Shown piece after piece: positions 10,182 through 23,668 of a DNA stretch of 64,000 bases. The DNA lies in NCBI GenBank assembly GCA_031266535.1, contig JAISAS010000004.1:66531-130530 (forward strand). Reading direction: 5' to 3'. The DNA comes from Endomicrobium sp. Lineage in GTDB: Bacteria; Elusimicrobiota; Endomicrobiia; Endomicrobiales; Endomicrobiaceae. The position numbers and the translations under genes are program-made. Numbering within the stretch: position 1 is the stretch's first letter; the number at the start of each line of letters is the position of its first letter. The notes below the pieces were generated by a model. It made no database searches, was not told the origin of the DNA, and saw nothing but the letters and a program-made list of their open reading frames with translations.

Positions 10182-11303
10182 ATGAAACGTGATTATTACG
10201 AAGTACTTGGAATTAATAAAAATGCATCTGCAGATGAAATCAAGTCAGCTTATAGAAAACTTGCTTTAAAATATCATCCAGATAAAAACCCTAATAATAA
10301 AGAAGCCGAAGAAAAATTTAAAGCAATAAATGAAGCTTATGAAATTCTTTCTGATGCACAAAAAAAACAACAATATGATACTTTTGGACATGATAATATA
10401 AATGGAGGAAGTCCTTTTACAAATCAAAATAGTTATACACAGTATAGTAGCGGAGATTTTTCAAATATTGGAGATATTTTTGGAGATATTTTTAATAATC
10501 CTTCCAGTGGACGTAGTAGAACTTCACAAGAACATGGTGAAGATTTGCGTTATGATGTAGAAATTTCTTACCTTGATGTAATGAAAGGTAAAGAAATGTC
10601 CATTAACATACCCAAGAAAGAAACTTGTCATGTATGCCATGGAAGTGGTAGCAAAGATCGAGTTTCTCAAAAACAATGCACAATGTGTAAAGGCAAAGGG
10701 CAAATAAAATATTCTCAGGGTTTTTTTTCTATGAGCCAAGAATGTCACCAGTGTAGAGGAAAAGGAACTGTTATAAATAACCCGTGTTCTGAATGTAAAG
10801 GTAATGGAACTATAAGTGAAAGAAAAAACATTAAAATTAGAATTCCTGCAGGAGTTGATGAAGGAACATCTTTGAAAATTACAGCTTCTGGTAATGCAGG
10901 TCCTAATGGATCTCCACCAGGTGATTTATATGTTGTTATACATCTAATACAAACTGAAGGATTTAAAAGAAAAAAAGATGATTTATATACTGAAATTACT
11001 GTATCTTTTTCACAAGCTACTATGGGTGTTGATTATAATGTACCTGTTTTGGAAGAATATGTAAAAATAAAAATTCCACCTGCAACACAACCCGGAACTA
11101 TTTTAAGAATACGTGAACAAGGATTTCCAAAGCTTGGCAGAAAAAATAGAGGAGATCTTTACGTTAAAATAAATCTTTCTGTACCAAAACACATGAATGA
11201 TATTCAGAAAAAGGCACTCTTTGAATATGCGATATCTATGGGAGAAATTCCGAAAGATGCCAAATATCAAAGCAATGGTTTTTTTAAAAAAATTTTTAGA
11301 TGA
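10182..11303 (+). CDS. dnaJ: Chaperone DnaJ
   Basis: J domain with HPD, four CxxCxGxG repeats, GDLYV. Confidence 0.98.
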   Translation: MKRDYYEVLGINKNASADEIKSAYRKLALKYHPDKNPNNKEAEEKFKAINEAYEILSDAQKKQQYDTFGHDNINGGSPFTNQNSYTQYSSGDFSNIGDIFGDIFNNPSSGRSRTSQEHGEDLRYDVEISYLDVMKGKEMSINIPKKETCHVCHGSGSKDRVSQKQCTMCKGKGQIKYSQGFFSMSQECHQCRGKGTVINNPCSECKGNGTISERKNIKIRIPAGVDEGTSLKITASGNAGPNGSPPGDLYVVIHLIQTEGFKRKKDDLYTEITVSFSQATMGVDYNVPVLEEYVKIKIPPATQPGTILRIREQGFPKLGRKNRGDLYVKINLSVPKHMNDIQKKALFEYAISMGEIPKDAKYQSNGFFKKIFR

Positions 11304-11382
11304 CATTATATGATAAATTGTACAAGACTACAGAATAAAATACAATAAAAGAGATTAAATTGATTTATCTATCATAAAATTT

Positions 11383-12927
11383 TTATTTCTTCATTTTTTT
11401 TAACACAAAATATTGTTCTACCATTGAAATAATGCTGTTAGTAAGCCAGTATAATACAAGCCCAGAAGGAAATGACCAAAACATAAATGTAAATGTTATT
11501 GGCATTATATACATCATCTTTTTTTGTATTGGGTCTGGTATTGTCATGTTCATTTTTTGTTGAAAGAACATACCTACGCCCATTATTAGTGGAAGAAGAT
11601 TTAAAGGGAATAGTTTTATATCTATAAATTTGTCAGGTGCAGATAAATCTTTTATCCATAAAATCCAGTTTTCGTTTCTAAGTTCATAAGCATTTCTTAA
11701 CATAGTGAAAAAAGCCCAAAAAATTGGAAGTTGTAAAAGCATAGGTAAACAACCAGATAAAGGATTAACTTTTTGTGTTTTATAAACATTTAACATCTCT
11801 ACTTGAAGTCTTTGTGGGTTATTTTTATACTTAGTTTGAATATCCTTTATTATAGGTTGTACACGTTTCATAGTAGCTATAGATTTAAAACTTTTTAAAG
11901 TTAATGGAAAAACTAAAATTTGTATGATAATTGTAAGTATAATGATAGCCCATCCGTAATTATAAGTTATTTTATGCAAAAACGTTAAAATAGTAAAAGC
12001 AGTTTTTCCTAATATACCAAAAAATCCAAAATCAACAGTTTTTTCAAGTCCTAGTTTATAAGTTTTTAAATAAGTGTATCCTTTAGGTCCTACATAAAAA
12101 TCAACAGAATAATTTTTTTTACTAATGTTTCGTAAAATTTTTGCTGTAAGAATAATGGAATAAGGATGTTTTTTATCAAGTTTAGATGAAACAATCTCAT
12201 CAAAATCTATAGGTTTCTTTGGTATAAATGCTACAAGGAAATATCTGTTATCTATAGCTGACCATTTGTAAATAGAAGCAATTTCAGAAATATTTTTTAG
12301 CTTTTTAAGTTTATTTGGTTTAACATCACTATAAGCCAAAACTCGTGTTAATGAAATATTTTCTTTTAGTTCTTTGCTATCAGTACCTAAACCAGGACCC
12401 CATTCAAGTTTTATATGAGGTAAAGTAGTAATTTTTTTAATTTTTTCAACAGAAATATTTAAATTATGCATATAAAAATCAGAAAAATTATATGTTTTCG
12501 TGATTTTCCATCCTTCAGGAAAATTATGTTCAAAAATTATTTTTTTATTAGATTTTGTAATAATTTTATAAGTTAATTCTGGAAAATTTGACATAACAGG
12601 AGCTGATTCTTGAATAACTAAATCGACCCACTTACCATTTTTTTCTTTAACAGACCAGCTTAATATTCCAGCACCTTTATTTGTTAAAATGACCTTATAT
12701 TGTTCAGTTTTAATTGTTATATGTTCCTCATCATAATCGCAATTGTTATTATCTGTAGCAACATCATGCAAACTTAAATTTTTAACTTTATTAATGTTTT
12801 GATTAATGACAGCTATATCTTGTGATTGTTTAAAATTTAAATTCTTTTTTTGTGATGAAGCAAAAGAAAACCAGATAAGAATTGTAAAAGCCGATAGAAT
12901 CACAAACAAAACAGAATTTTTTCGCAT
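11383..12927 (-). CDS. yidC: Membrane protein insertase YidC
   Basis: YVGPK, NYGWAII, NPLSGCLPMLLQLPIF, LWIKDLSAPD, PSGLVLYW. Confidence 0.96.
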   Translation of the reverse strand: MRKNSVLFVILSAFTILIWFSFASSQKKNLNFKQSQDIAVINQNINKVKNLSLHDVATDNNNCDYDEEHITIKTEQYKVILTNKGAGILSWSVKEKNGKWVDLVIQESAPVMSNFPELTYKIITKSNKKIIFEHNFPEGWKITKTYNFSDFYMHNLNISVEKIKKITTLPHIKLEWGPGLGTDSKELKENISLTRVLAYSDVKPNKLKKLKNISEIASIYKWSAIDNRYFLVAFIPKKPIDFDEIVSSKLDKKHPYSIILTAKILRNISKKNYSVDFYVGPKGYTYLKTYKLGLEKTVDFGFFGILGKTAFTILTFLHKITYNYGWAIIILTIIIQILVFPLTLKSFKSIATMKRVQPIIKDIQTKYKNNPQRLQVEMLNVYKTQKVNPLSGCLPMLLQLPIFWAFFTMLRNAYELRNENWILWIKDLSAPDKFIDIKLFPLNLLPLIMGVGMFFQQKMNMTIPDPIQKKMMYIMPITFTFMFWSFPSGLVLYWLTNSIISMVEQYFVLKKMKK

Positions 12928-13175
12928 TATAACTTCTCCTTAAACATCAAAGCTTTGGATTTATATAAGGAAGGTATACTATCAAAACCTCCTGAACAAA
13001 AAGGATGACAACGAATAATTCTTCTCACAATTAAAAAAAAACCTCTTAGAAAGCCATGTATCTCTATAGCTTGATAAGCATAAGACGAACAAGTAGGCCA
13101 GAAACGACACTTAGATGGAACAGTCTGGGAGGCAAATTTGTAACATTTAATTAAAAAAAGCGCAATTTGTTTCAT
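12927..13175 (-). CDS. yidD: Membrane protein insertion efficiency factor
   Basis: CRFWPTCSSYA...RIIRCHPF..GGFD. Confidence 0.95.
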   Translation of the reverse strand: MKQIALFLIKCYKFASQTVPSKCRFWPTCSSYAYQAIEIHGFLRGFFLIVRRIIRCHPFCSGGFDSIPSLYKSKALMFKEKL

Positions 13176-13178
13176 ATG

Positions 13179-13583
13179 TCACCCTGCATTTAAAAATATT
13201 TTTACATTTTTTATCAAATCAAAAATGTGTTTTTCAAGATTATAGTATTTTACATGCACAATATTTTTTTTAGAAATAAAAATTAAATCCAACCCAGGTT
13301 TTAACAAATATTTATTAGTTCTAAAAATTTCTCTTAATTTTCTTTTTACTTTATTTCGTACAACAGATCCACCTATCTTTCTTGAAGTAATAAGACCTAA
13401 TCTTCTTACATCACATCCGTCATGCCTTTTATAAATAAAAATCTTTATATATTCACTATCAAATTTTACCCCATTTTTAAATACTCGATTAAAGTCTTCC
13501 TTAGCATGAATCTTTTCAAAATAATTAAACGAAAATATTTTTTTTATAAAACCCCTAGTAAAAACATCGATTGACAGATACAC
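13179..13583 (-). CDS. rnpA: Ribonuclease P protein component
   Basis: RLGLITSRKIG-SVVRNKVKRKLRE (RNR-like motif); position between rpmH and yidD; start uncertain. Confidence 0.92.
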   Translation of the reverse strand: MYLSIDVFTRGFIKKIFSFNYFEKIHAKEDFNRVFKNGVKFDSEYIKIFIYKRHDGCDVRRLGLITSRKIGGSVVRNKVKRKLREIFRTNKYLLKPGLDLIFISKKNIVHVKYYNLEKHIFDLIKNVKIFLNAG

Positions 13584-13604
13584 TTCATATGTAGAATATC
13601 CTAT

Positions 13605-13739
13605 CTATGCACTAAGAACCTTACGACCTTTTCTTCTACGAGCACTTAAAATTCTCCTTCCACCAGCTGTTGACATCCTTGCCATAAACCCTAGTTTTCT
13701 TTTTCTTTTATTATTGTTTGGCTGAAATGTTCTTTTCAT
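13605..13739 (-). CDS. rpmH: 50S ribosomal protein L34 (not in ORF track)
   Basis: Manual translation [44 protein letters not shown]. Confidence 0.97.
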   Translation of the reverse strand: MKRTFQPNNNKRKRKLGFMARMSTAGGRRILSARRRKGRKVLSA

Positions 13740-13970
13740 TTTTAAGATCCTTTTCTTATCGAACGCCTGTATTAATTAAAAAACATTGTGTTTAGTATCA
13801 TATCTAAAATTTTAGTTTAGTGTCAATTGATATAACATGAATCAATTTATCACTTTAGTGAACAAACAAATTTTAGTAAAGTATATGTGTCTTTATAATC
13901 TTTAAAATAAAAAATGAAAAATGCTTTATAGCAAAATTTTGAAAAATTTACAGTTAACAGCACTTAAAAA

Positions 13971-15344
13971 ATGAAAAATATAATTATTCCACAAAAGTAC
14001 AGGTTAATAATTAATAAAATTTCTGATGCCGCAAAAGAAACCAATTTCGATGTGTATATAGTTGGGGGATTTGTAAGAGATTTATTAATAGGAAGAGAAT
14101 CAGAAGATTTAGATATAATGGTTTCTAGTAAATTATGTGACAAGAATGAACGATTATCTGGAATAAATTTTTCTAAATTTTTAGCAAATAAATATAAATT
14201 GCGTAATCCTATAAATTTTGAAAAATTTGGAACATCAAAACTTTTTATAGATGGTAAAGAGGTAGAATTTATAATGCCTAGAAGAGAATATTATTTTGAA
14301 AACTCAAGAAATCCGCGTACATATCTTGCTTCCTTAAAACAAGATGCTTTACGGAGAGATTTTACTATAAATGCTTTGTTCTTAAGACTTAGTGATATGA
14401 AAATTTTAGATTTTACATTAAATGGTATTAATGATATTAAAAATAAAACTATAAGAGTAACTGATATTAAAAATTGTGAAATAATATTTAAGCAAGACCC
14501 ATTGAGAATTTTACGTGCTATACGTCAAAGTTTACAGCTTAACTTTACAATTGAAAATAAAACTTATGATGCGATGAAAATTTCAGCAATGCATATAAAA
14601 ATTATCTCTTCTGAACGTATAAAAAACGAAATAAATAAAATTTTAATTGAAAATACCCCATCAAAAGCATTTAGAATGATGAATGAAATTAACATACTGA
14701 CAAAAATCTTTCCTGAAATTACAAAACTAAATACTTCGTTGCGACAGTATGAATATCGTACTAAAGATTTATTTACAAATACTATGATAATTTTAGATAA
14801 AGTAACAAATAATTTAATTTTAAGAATGTCAGCTTTACTATTTAATATAGGAAAACATAGCATAATACACAAATCTGTAGATACTACAAAAATTGAAATT
14901 ATTTTAAAAAGACTTACGTATTCTAAAAAATTTATACAACAAATTACATCGATTATAAAAAACAGTATATATTTTTCAATATATTATTCTTCAAGTTGGA
15001 CAGATACTGATGTACGCAAATTTGTAGAAAAATGTGATAATGAATTGGATCTAATAATGGAATTTTTAAAAATCTATTCGAACAATAATAAAACATGTAT
15101 AAAATTTGTTGAATTTAAAAAAAGAATTAAATGCTTGAAATCGAAAAATATGCTGTATGTCAAATCTGAACTTCTGACAGGAATAGAAATAACAAATATG
15201 TTTAATATACCACCAGGAAAATTAATAAAAAAGATTAAAAATAAAATAAAAGAAATGCAATTTCAAAACCCAGATCTTACAAAAGCAAAAGCAATTAAAA
15301 TAATTAAAAAAAATATTAACACTATAATTAAAAATTATAGATAA
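13971..15344 (+). CDS. cca: tRNA nucleotidyltransferase (CCA-adding enzyme, class II / poly(A) polymerase family)
   Basis: VGGFVRD, DLD, DALRRDFTINA, DPLRILRA, SSERI; HD domain degenerate. Confidence 0.85.
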   Translation: MKNIIIPQKYRLIINKISDAAKETNFDVYIVGGFVRDLLIGRESEDLDIMVSSKLCDKNERLSGINFSKFLANKYKLRNPINFEKFGTSKLFIDGKEVEFIMPRREYYFENSRNPRTYLASLKQDALRRDFTINALFLRLSDMKILDFTLNGINDIKNKTIRVTDIKNCEIIFKQDPLRILRAIRQSLQLNFTIENKTYDAMKISAMHIKIISSERIKNEINKILIENTPSKAFRMMNEINILTKIFPEITKLNTSLRQYEYRTKDLFTNTMIILDKVTNNLILRMSALLFNIGKHSIIHKSVDTTKIEIILKRLTYSKKFIQQITSIIKNSIYFSIYYSSSWTDTDVRKFVEKCDNELDLIMEFLKIYSNNNKTCIKFVEFKKRIKCLKSKNMLYVKSELLTGIEITNMFNIPPGKLIKKIKNKIKEMQFQNPDLTKAKAIKIIKKNINTIIKNYR

Positions 15345-15771
15345 CAAAAAATTGAAAAATAAGCATTATGATAACTAACTAAAAGCTAATTTATGTTTCT
15401 TATCATTTTTTTGATACAAATTCCATACAAAAATATCATTGACAATTGACATATTATTAAGTTTTTATTATGATGTATTGTCATAGGTAATGCGTTTTTG
15501 ATTGATTATGGGTTAAATGTTTTTGAATGATAGGTGACATTTAATATTGATGACAAAGATTAGTTTAATCAAATGATTTTGTTTTATTTCAATTTAACTT
15601 CAATCCTGTTTTTTATTCTTTCAGATATTGGGTAAGTTATGTATATTATGTAACATGATAAATAACAAAAATATTTTAGTAATTTTTGCCTTGCATAGTC
15701 TATAATAAAAATATGCAAAAAATTTTTTGCTGGATAAATACAGTAAAGTATTTTCGAAATTGATAAAAAAA

Positions 15772-15844
15772 GCTGAGGTAGCTCAGTTGGTAGAGCACAG
15801 GTCTGAAAAACCTGGTGTCGACAGTTCGATTCTGTCCCTCAGCA
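15772..15844 (+). tRNA. tRNA-Phe(GAA)
   Basis: Cloverleaf GCTGAGG...CCTCAGC-A; anticodon arm CAGGT-CTGAAAA-ACCTG; TTCGATT T-loop; no encoded CCA. Confidence 0.95.
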
Positions 15845-15878
15845 TGTTTTTCAAATGTTCAGTAAGTAAAAAATTTCC

Positions 15879-15952
15879 GCCGATGTAGCTCAGCTGGCAA
15901 GAGCGATTGCTTCGTAAGCAATTGGTCGAAGGTTCAAATCCTTCCATCGGCT
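15879..15952 (+). tRNA. tRNA-Thr(CGT)
   Basis: GCCGATG...CATCGGC-T; anticodon arm ATTGC-TTCGTAA-GCAAT; no encoded CCA. Confidence 0.95.
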
Positions 15953-16111
15953 ATTTTAAACGAAACATAACAGAAAGTTTAACAAAAAAAATTATCAATT
16001 ATCCGATTATATTTTTTGTGGTATATTTTAAAATTATTTATTGTTAATTCGATTTGTGTTATGGATAATAATTGTGAATATTTAAGTTCTGGTTTCAATA
16101 CAGTTCTTACA

Positions 16112-16140
16112 TTGATTAAATAAATTTTAATAAGTATAAT
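16112..16140 (+). promoter_or_regulatory. sigma70 promoter of the atp operon
   Basis: TTGATT-17 bp-TATAAT, about 80 bp upstream of atpB; AT-rich background lowers specificity. Confidence 0.5.
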
Positions 16141-16217
16141 CATAACTTGTTAGTTTTAATTGAGTAAATGAATGAATAATTTCAAATTAAATAAGGGCTA
16201 TGGTTAAATTTTGAAAA

Positions 16218-16943
16218 ATGCATCTAAGACCAGAAGTATTGTTTTTTGTGGCAGGTTTTCCTATAACGAATACAGTTGTTGCTACGATTATCACAGACGT
16301 TATTATTATTATGATTGTTGTTATATTAAGTAAAGTAATTGCAATTGCCCCTGGTAACATACAAAATGTTATCGAAACAGTTGTTGATTATTTTAATAAA
16401 ACAGCTGAAGAAATTGCTGGCGAAAGAGCGGTATTTATATATCCTTGGATCACATCGTTTTTTATTTTTATACTAATCTCGAACTTGGTTGCCCAATTTC
16501 CAGGTTTTGAAACGATAAAATTTCGACCAACTTTTAATGATGGGAATGAAGTATCGTTTTTCAGAGCAGCTACAAGTGATTTAAACGTAACTTTAGCACT
16601 GTCAGTTATTAGCATAATTGTGACAAACTATCTAGGTATAAGATATAAAGGCATAAAAGCTTATGCAAGGCGGTTCCTATCATTTAAAATATTTCCGGTT
16701 TTTTTATTTGTAGGAATACTGGAATTTACAAATGAATTTACAAAAATTATTTCATTTTCTTTTAGACTTTTTGGAAATATTTTAGCTGGAGAAAAAGTTT
16801 TGATGACTATGTACAAGTTATTGCCCATAGGATTTCCATTGCCTTTTATGATGCTAGAACTTATGGTAGCAATTGTTCAGGCTGTTGTTTTTTCAATGTT
16901 AACCATGGTGTTTATGCATATAATGACTGATAAATCACATTAA
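16218..16943 (+). CDS. atpB: F0F1 ATP synthase subunit a
   Basis: ATSDLNVTLALS, SFSFRLFGNI (conserved Arg), VQAVVFSMLT. Confidence 0.96.
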   Translation: MHLRPEVLFFVAGFPITNTVVATIITDVIIIMIVVILSKVIAIAPGNIQNVIETVVDYFNKTAEEIAGERAVFIYPWITSFFIFILISNLVAQFPGFETIKFRPTFNDGNEVSFFRAATSDLNVTLALSVISIIVTNYLGIRYKGIKAYARRFLSFKIFPVFLFVGILEFTNEFTKIISFSFRLFGNILAGEKVLMTMYKLLPIGFPLPFMMLELMVAIVQAVVFSMLTMVFMHIMTDKSH

Positions 16944-16968
16944 AAGCATATATATTTATTTAATTTAA

Positions 16969-17196
<228 letters not shown>

Positions 17197-17237
17197 TTCT
17201 ATATTTTAAATTTAAATTCGTCAAAAAAGAGAAATAA

Positions 17238-17747
17238 ATGGAATTTATGCATAAATTTGGCCTGCAACCTTCTTTATTTTTGTTTCAAATTATAAATTTC
17301 TTAATTATGATGTTTATATTAAAAAAATTTTTATTCAGTCCACTAAAAAAAATTTTTAATGAAAGAAAGTATAAGATAGAACAATCGTTACAAGATATTG
17401 AAAACGCAAAAATTATTTTAGAAAATGCTAATAAAAAAAAATACGACATACTTCAAGAAGCTAAAGATAATTCAGAAATATTAACAGCTACTGCGAAAGC
17501 TTCAATTAAAGCAATGAAAGAACAGTCTATTTTTGATGCAAAAAATTGCTATGAACAAATTATAGATGATGCAAAACAAAAAGCGGAAGCAGAATTCGAA
17601 AATATGAATAAGCAGTTGGGAAAAATATCTGTGGATATTTCTGAAAAAATCATATCGAAAGTTTTATCTAATTTATTTACGGATGATGAGAAACAAATAC
17701 TTACATCACGTGCACTGGAAAAAATGCATGAAAAAATTACAAATTAA
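17238..17747 (+). CDS. atpF: F0F1 ATP synthase subunit b
   Basis: FQIINFLI...KKFLFSPL..ER N-terminal TM followed by coiled coil. Confidence 0.93.
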   Translation: MEFMHKFGLQPSLFLFQIINFLIMMFILKKFLFSPLKKIFNERKYKIEQSLQDIENAKIILENANKKKYDILQEAKDNSEILTATAKASIKAMKEQSIFDAKNCYEQIIDDAKQKAEAEFENMNKQLGKISVDISEKIISKVLSNLFTDDEKQILTSRALEKMHEKITN

Positions 17748-18084
17748 AGAACTTACAAAATCTATTGTTAAACATGATGAATTTTCTGAAGAAAATTTAA
17801 AATGGGTCTTTGAAAATTTTTCTAGAAAAGAGCTTAAATTATTTAAATGTTTATTACTTAAAGAAATAAAAAATAATAATGTTACTGTAAGTTTTACTGG
17901 TAAATTAAACGATGAAAATAAAACAAAAATAAATGCGATGTTTCCAAATAGACAAATTTTATTCAAATGCAATGATAAAAATATTTTTGGGGGATTGCGT
18001 TTTGAATATAACGATTTTATTTTGGATTATAGTATTTCAGGAATATTAAAGAAAATTTTAAATAATATAAGAGAGCGTATATGA
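17728..18084 (+). CDS. atpH: F0F1 ATP synthase subunit delta (short form)
   Basis: Position between atpF and atpA; DKNIFGGLRF...ILDYSI matches the OSCP/delta C-terminus. Confidence 0.75.
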   Translation: MKKLQIKELTKSIVKHDEFSEENLKWVFENFSRKELKLFKCLLLKEIKNNNVTVSFTGKLNDENKTKINAMFPNRQILFKCNDKNIFGGLRFEYNDFILDYSISGILKKILNNIRERI

Positions 18085-19596
18085 AACCAAGAGAAATAAT
18101 ACAAAAAATTGAAAAAGAGCTATGTTTTTCCCAAATAAATCCGGAACTTATAAATTTTGGTACTGTTGAATCTGTAGGTGATGAAATTGTTAAAGCATCT
18201 GGTCTTTCAAATGCAGGTTATTATGAAGAGGTAACATTTGACGATGGTTCTGTAGGTTTTGTTCTAAATATTGATGAGGATTGTGTATCAATAGTATTGC
18301 TCAAAAATTCAGGACATATTGTACATGGAATGAAAATAAAATCTACTGGAAAAATATTAAATGTTACAGTTTCTAATAAATTAATAGGAAGAATTTTGGA
18401 TGCTATAGGACACACTATAGACGGTAAAGAATTGAAACATGATAATCCATCTTATTATTCTATTGAAAAAATAGCTCCTGGAATTATTAATAGAAGTTCC
18501 GTAGATAGACCTTTAAAAACTGGTATTAAAGCTATAGACGCAATGATTCCAATAGGAAGAGGTCAAAGGGAACTCATAATTGGTGATAGAGGTACAGGAA
18601 AAACAGCAATAGCTATTGATACTATAATAAATCAAAAAAAAATTGACGTAAACTTAAAAAGAGTTATTTGTATATATTGTTCCATTGGACAAAAAAGATC
18701 TAATTTAGCTTCTATTGCAGCAAAATTAAATGAAGAAGGTGTAATGAATTACACAATTATAGTAGCAGCTACAGCATCAGATCCTGTTTCAATGCAATAT
18801 ATTGCACCTTTTACAGCATGTGCAATTGGTGAATATTTTATGGATAAAGGAGAAGATGTTTTAATCGTTTATGACGATTTAACAAAACATGCTTGGGCCT
18901 ATAGACAAATTTCTCTCTTAATTAAAAGACCCGCAGGACGTGAAGCATATCCAGGAGATATTTTTTATTTGCACTCAAGGCTTCTTGAAAGAGCTGCAAG
19001 ATTATCTGATAAAAATGGTGGTGGGACTATTACAGCACTTCCAATCATTGAAACTCAAGGTAATGATTTATCAGCATATATTCCAACAAACGTAGTTTCA
19101 ATTACTGATGGACAAATATATCTTGAATCTGATTTATTTAATTCAGGTATACGTCCTGCTATTAATGTTGGGCTTTCTGTCTCACGTGTTGGAGGAGCAG
19201 CCCAAACTAAATCTATGAAACAATTATCCGGACCTGTAAGACTCGAACTTTCACAATTTAGAGAATTACAAGCATTTACACAATTTGGAAGTGACTTGGA
19301 TGATGATACACTAAAAAGATTAGAAAGAGGAAGAAGGATTATAGAAATTTTAAAGCAACCTCAATACAAACCATGTGATGAACTTTCAGAAATATTATCA
19401 ATTTTTTCCGTAACATCTGGTTTATTTGATGACATAGATATTGATAAAATTAGTATAGTTGAACAACAAGTAACTGAATTTATAAAAACAATGCATCCTG
19501 AAACTGTAAAAAAACTTTTGGCAGGTAAAAAAATAGATGATGTTTTAAAATTAGAACTTGAAAAGGAAATAAAAGAATTTAAAAAGATGAATAATT

Positions 19597-19619
<23 letters not shown>
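18081..19619 (+). CDS. atpA: F0F1 ATP synthase subunit alpha
   Basis: GRGQRELIIGDRGTGKT, GREAYPGDIFYLHSRLLERA, PAINVGLSVSRVG. Confidence 0.99.
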
Positions 19620-21850
<2,231 letters not shown>

Positions 21851-21905
21851 ATCCAAATATAAATAAATTATAATTATTTTTATAAAAAGAATAGGAAGTA
21901 TTTAA

Positions 21906-22328
21906 ATGAAAGAACTTCAAATAGAAATTTTATCTCCAAATGGAGTTATTTTTAATGGCAAAATATTATCCGTTTCTTTTCCAACAGTAAATGGTATAAT
22001 TAGCGTTTTTCCAGGCCATACAAATCTTGTAACAAAACTAAATAATGGTGAAATAATAATTACTGAATATAAAAAAAATAACATAAAGAATATTTCAGTA
22101 AGTGGTGGTTTTATAGAAATTGCGCAAAACAATATTACTGTAATTGCTGAGTTTGCATTACAATCTAATGAAACAAATAAGCAAAAAATAAAACAGGCAA
22201 TAGAATTAGCAAAAAATATGAAAAATAAAAGGCAGAAACTTATAGATATGTCAATTATCGAATCACAATTACAAAAATCTACAGGTGGGTTAAAATTAGG
22301 ATTAGAAATTAAAAGAAAAAAAATATAG
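21906..22328 (+). CDS. atpC: F0F1 ATP synthase subunit epsilon
   Basis: IEILSPNG, PGH, VSGGFIEI. Confidence 0.93.
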   Translation: MKELQIEILSPNGVIFNGKILSVSFPTVNGIISVFPGHTNLVTKLNNGEIIITEYKKNNIKNISVSGGFIEIAQNNITVIAEFALQSNETNKQKIKQAIELAKNMKNKRQKLIDMSIIESQLQKSTGGLKLGLEIKRKKI

Positions 22329-22350
22329 AATTTTTAGGAGCAGTTGTAAA

Positions 22351-23100
22351 ATGTCAGGTCATAATAAATGGTCTAGCATCAAGCATAAGAAAGCTGTAAC
22401 AGATGCAAAAAAAGGAAAAGTTTTTGCAAAAGTTATTAAAGAAATTGTCCTTGCTACTAAAGAAGGGGGACAACAAATTGAAAATAATGCGCGTTTAAGA
22501 AAAGCTATAGAAGATGCAAAAGAAATAAATATGCCCCAAAATAATATAAAAAAAGCCATACAAAGAGGTTCTGGAGAAACATCAGAAAAAACTGAAGAAA
22601 TAATTTATGAAGGATATGGTCCTACAGGAGTAGCAGTAATTGTTAAAGTAACAACAAACAACAAAAATAGGACAGCATCGAATATAAGAAAAATATTTTT
22701 AAATTATGGTGGGAATCTTGGAGAAGTGGGTTGTGTAAGTTGGATGTTTAGTAAAAAAGGGTACATAACTGTAAATAAATCTGTTTCTAATGAAGAAGTT
22801 ATAATGAATATAGTTTTAGACGCTGGTGCTGAGGATTTTAAAAGTTCGATAAATAGTAATGTTTATGAAATTATTACATCTCCGTTAAATTTTGAAATGG
22901 TAAAAAAAAGTTTAGAAGAAAAAAATATATTATTTGCATTCGCTGAAATTACAATGTTACCACAAACACGAATTATTCTTACGGATGATAATGCAGTACT
23001 TATGTTAAAATTTATAAATGAATTGAAAGAATATGCTGATGTTAGAGATGTATATGCAAATTTTGATATTTCAAATAAAAATATGGAGAAAATTAAATAA
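22351..23100 (+). CDS. yebC: YebC/PmpR family protein
   Basis: MSGHNKWSSIKHKK, YEGYGP-GVA, TNNKNRT. Confidence 0.96.
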   Translation: MSGHNKWSSIKHKKAVTDAKKGKVFAKVIKEIVLATKEGGQQIENNARLRKAIEDAKEINMPQNNIKKAIQRGSGETSEKTEEIIYEGYGPTGVAVIVKVTTNNKNRTASNIRKIFLNYGGNLGEVGCVSWMFSKKGYITVNKSVSNEEVIMNIVLDAGAEDFKSSINSNVYEIITSPLNFEMVKKSLEEKNILFAFAEITMLPQTRIILTDDNAVLMLKFINELKEYADVRDVYANFDISNKNMEKIK

Positions 23101-23102
23101 AT

Positions 23103-23582
23103 ATGATAGTACTTGGTGTAGATCCTGGACTTTCATTTACAGGATGGGGAATTGTTGAAACTTTTTCATCAAGAAATAAGATTAATATTGTTAAATATGG
23201 ATGCATTAAGACAACATCACATATATCACTTGTGCAAAGATTGAGTATTATAAATACAGAATTACAATATATTATAGATACATATAGGCCTGAGGTTGTT
23301 GCTATAGAAGAACTTTTTTTTTTAAAAGCGGCAAAAAGTGTTGCTGCTGTTGGACAGGCGAGAGGAGCTATAGTTTTAACTATAGCGTTAAATAAAGTGC
23401 ACTTATTTGAATATAATCCAAAACTTGTAAAAATAGCATTAACAGGGTATGGATCAGCAAATAAACATCAAATACAATATATGATAAAGACTCTTCTTAA
23501 ACTTAATGAAATACCAAAACCTGATGATGCTGCGGATGCACTTGCTGTGGCAATATGCCATATCAATACAGTAAAATTTTAG
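23103..23582 (+). CDS. ruvC: Holliday junction endonuclease
   Basis: LGVDPG, AIEELFF, QARG, PDDAADALAVAICH. Confidence 0.97.
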   Translation: MIVLGVDPGLSFTGWGIVETFSSRNKINIVKYGCIKTTSHISLVQRLSIINTELQYIIDTYRPEVVAIEELFFLKAAKSVAAVGQARGAIVLTIALNKVHLFEYNPKLVKIALTGYGSANKHQIQYMIKTLLKLNEIPKPDDAADALAVAICHINTVKF

Positions 23583-23668
23583 ATAAAACTTTGTAAGAAG
23601 ATTAATACAACAAGTAACATAATTATAATAAAAGTAGTTAAAATTAAATTTTTATAAGGTTTTGTAAA

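Noticed and set aside
13740-13970. Candidate oriC next to rpmH
   Set aside because: No DnaA boxes seen and no dnaA; the dif site and strand bias indicate terminus proximity
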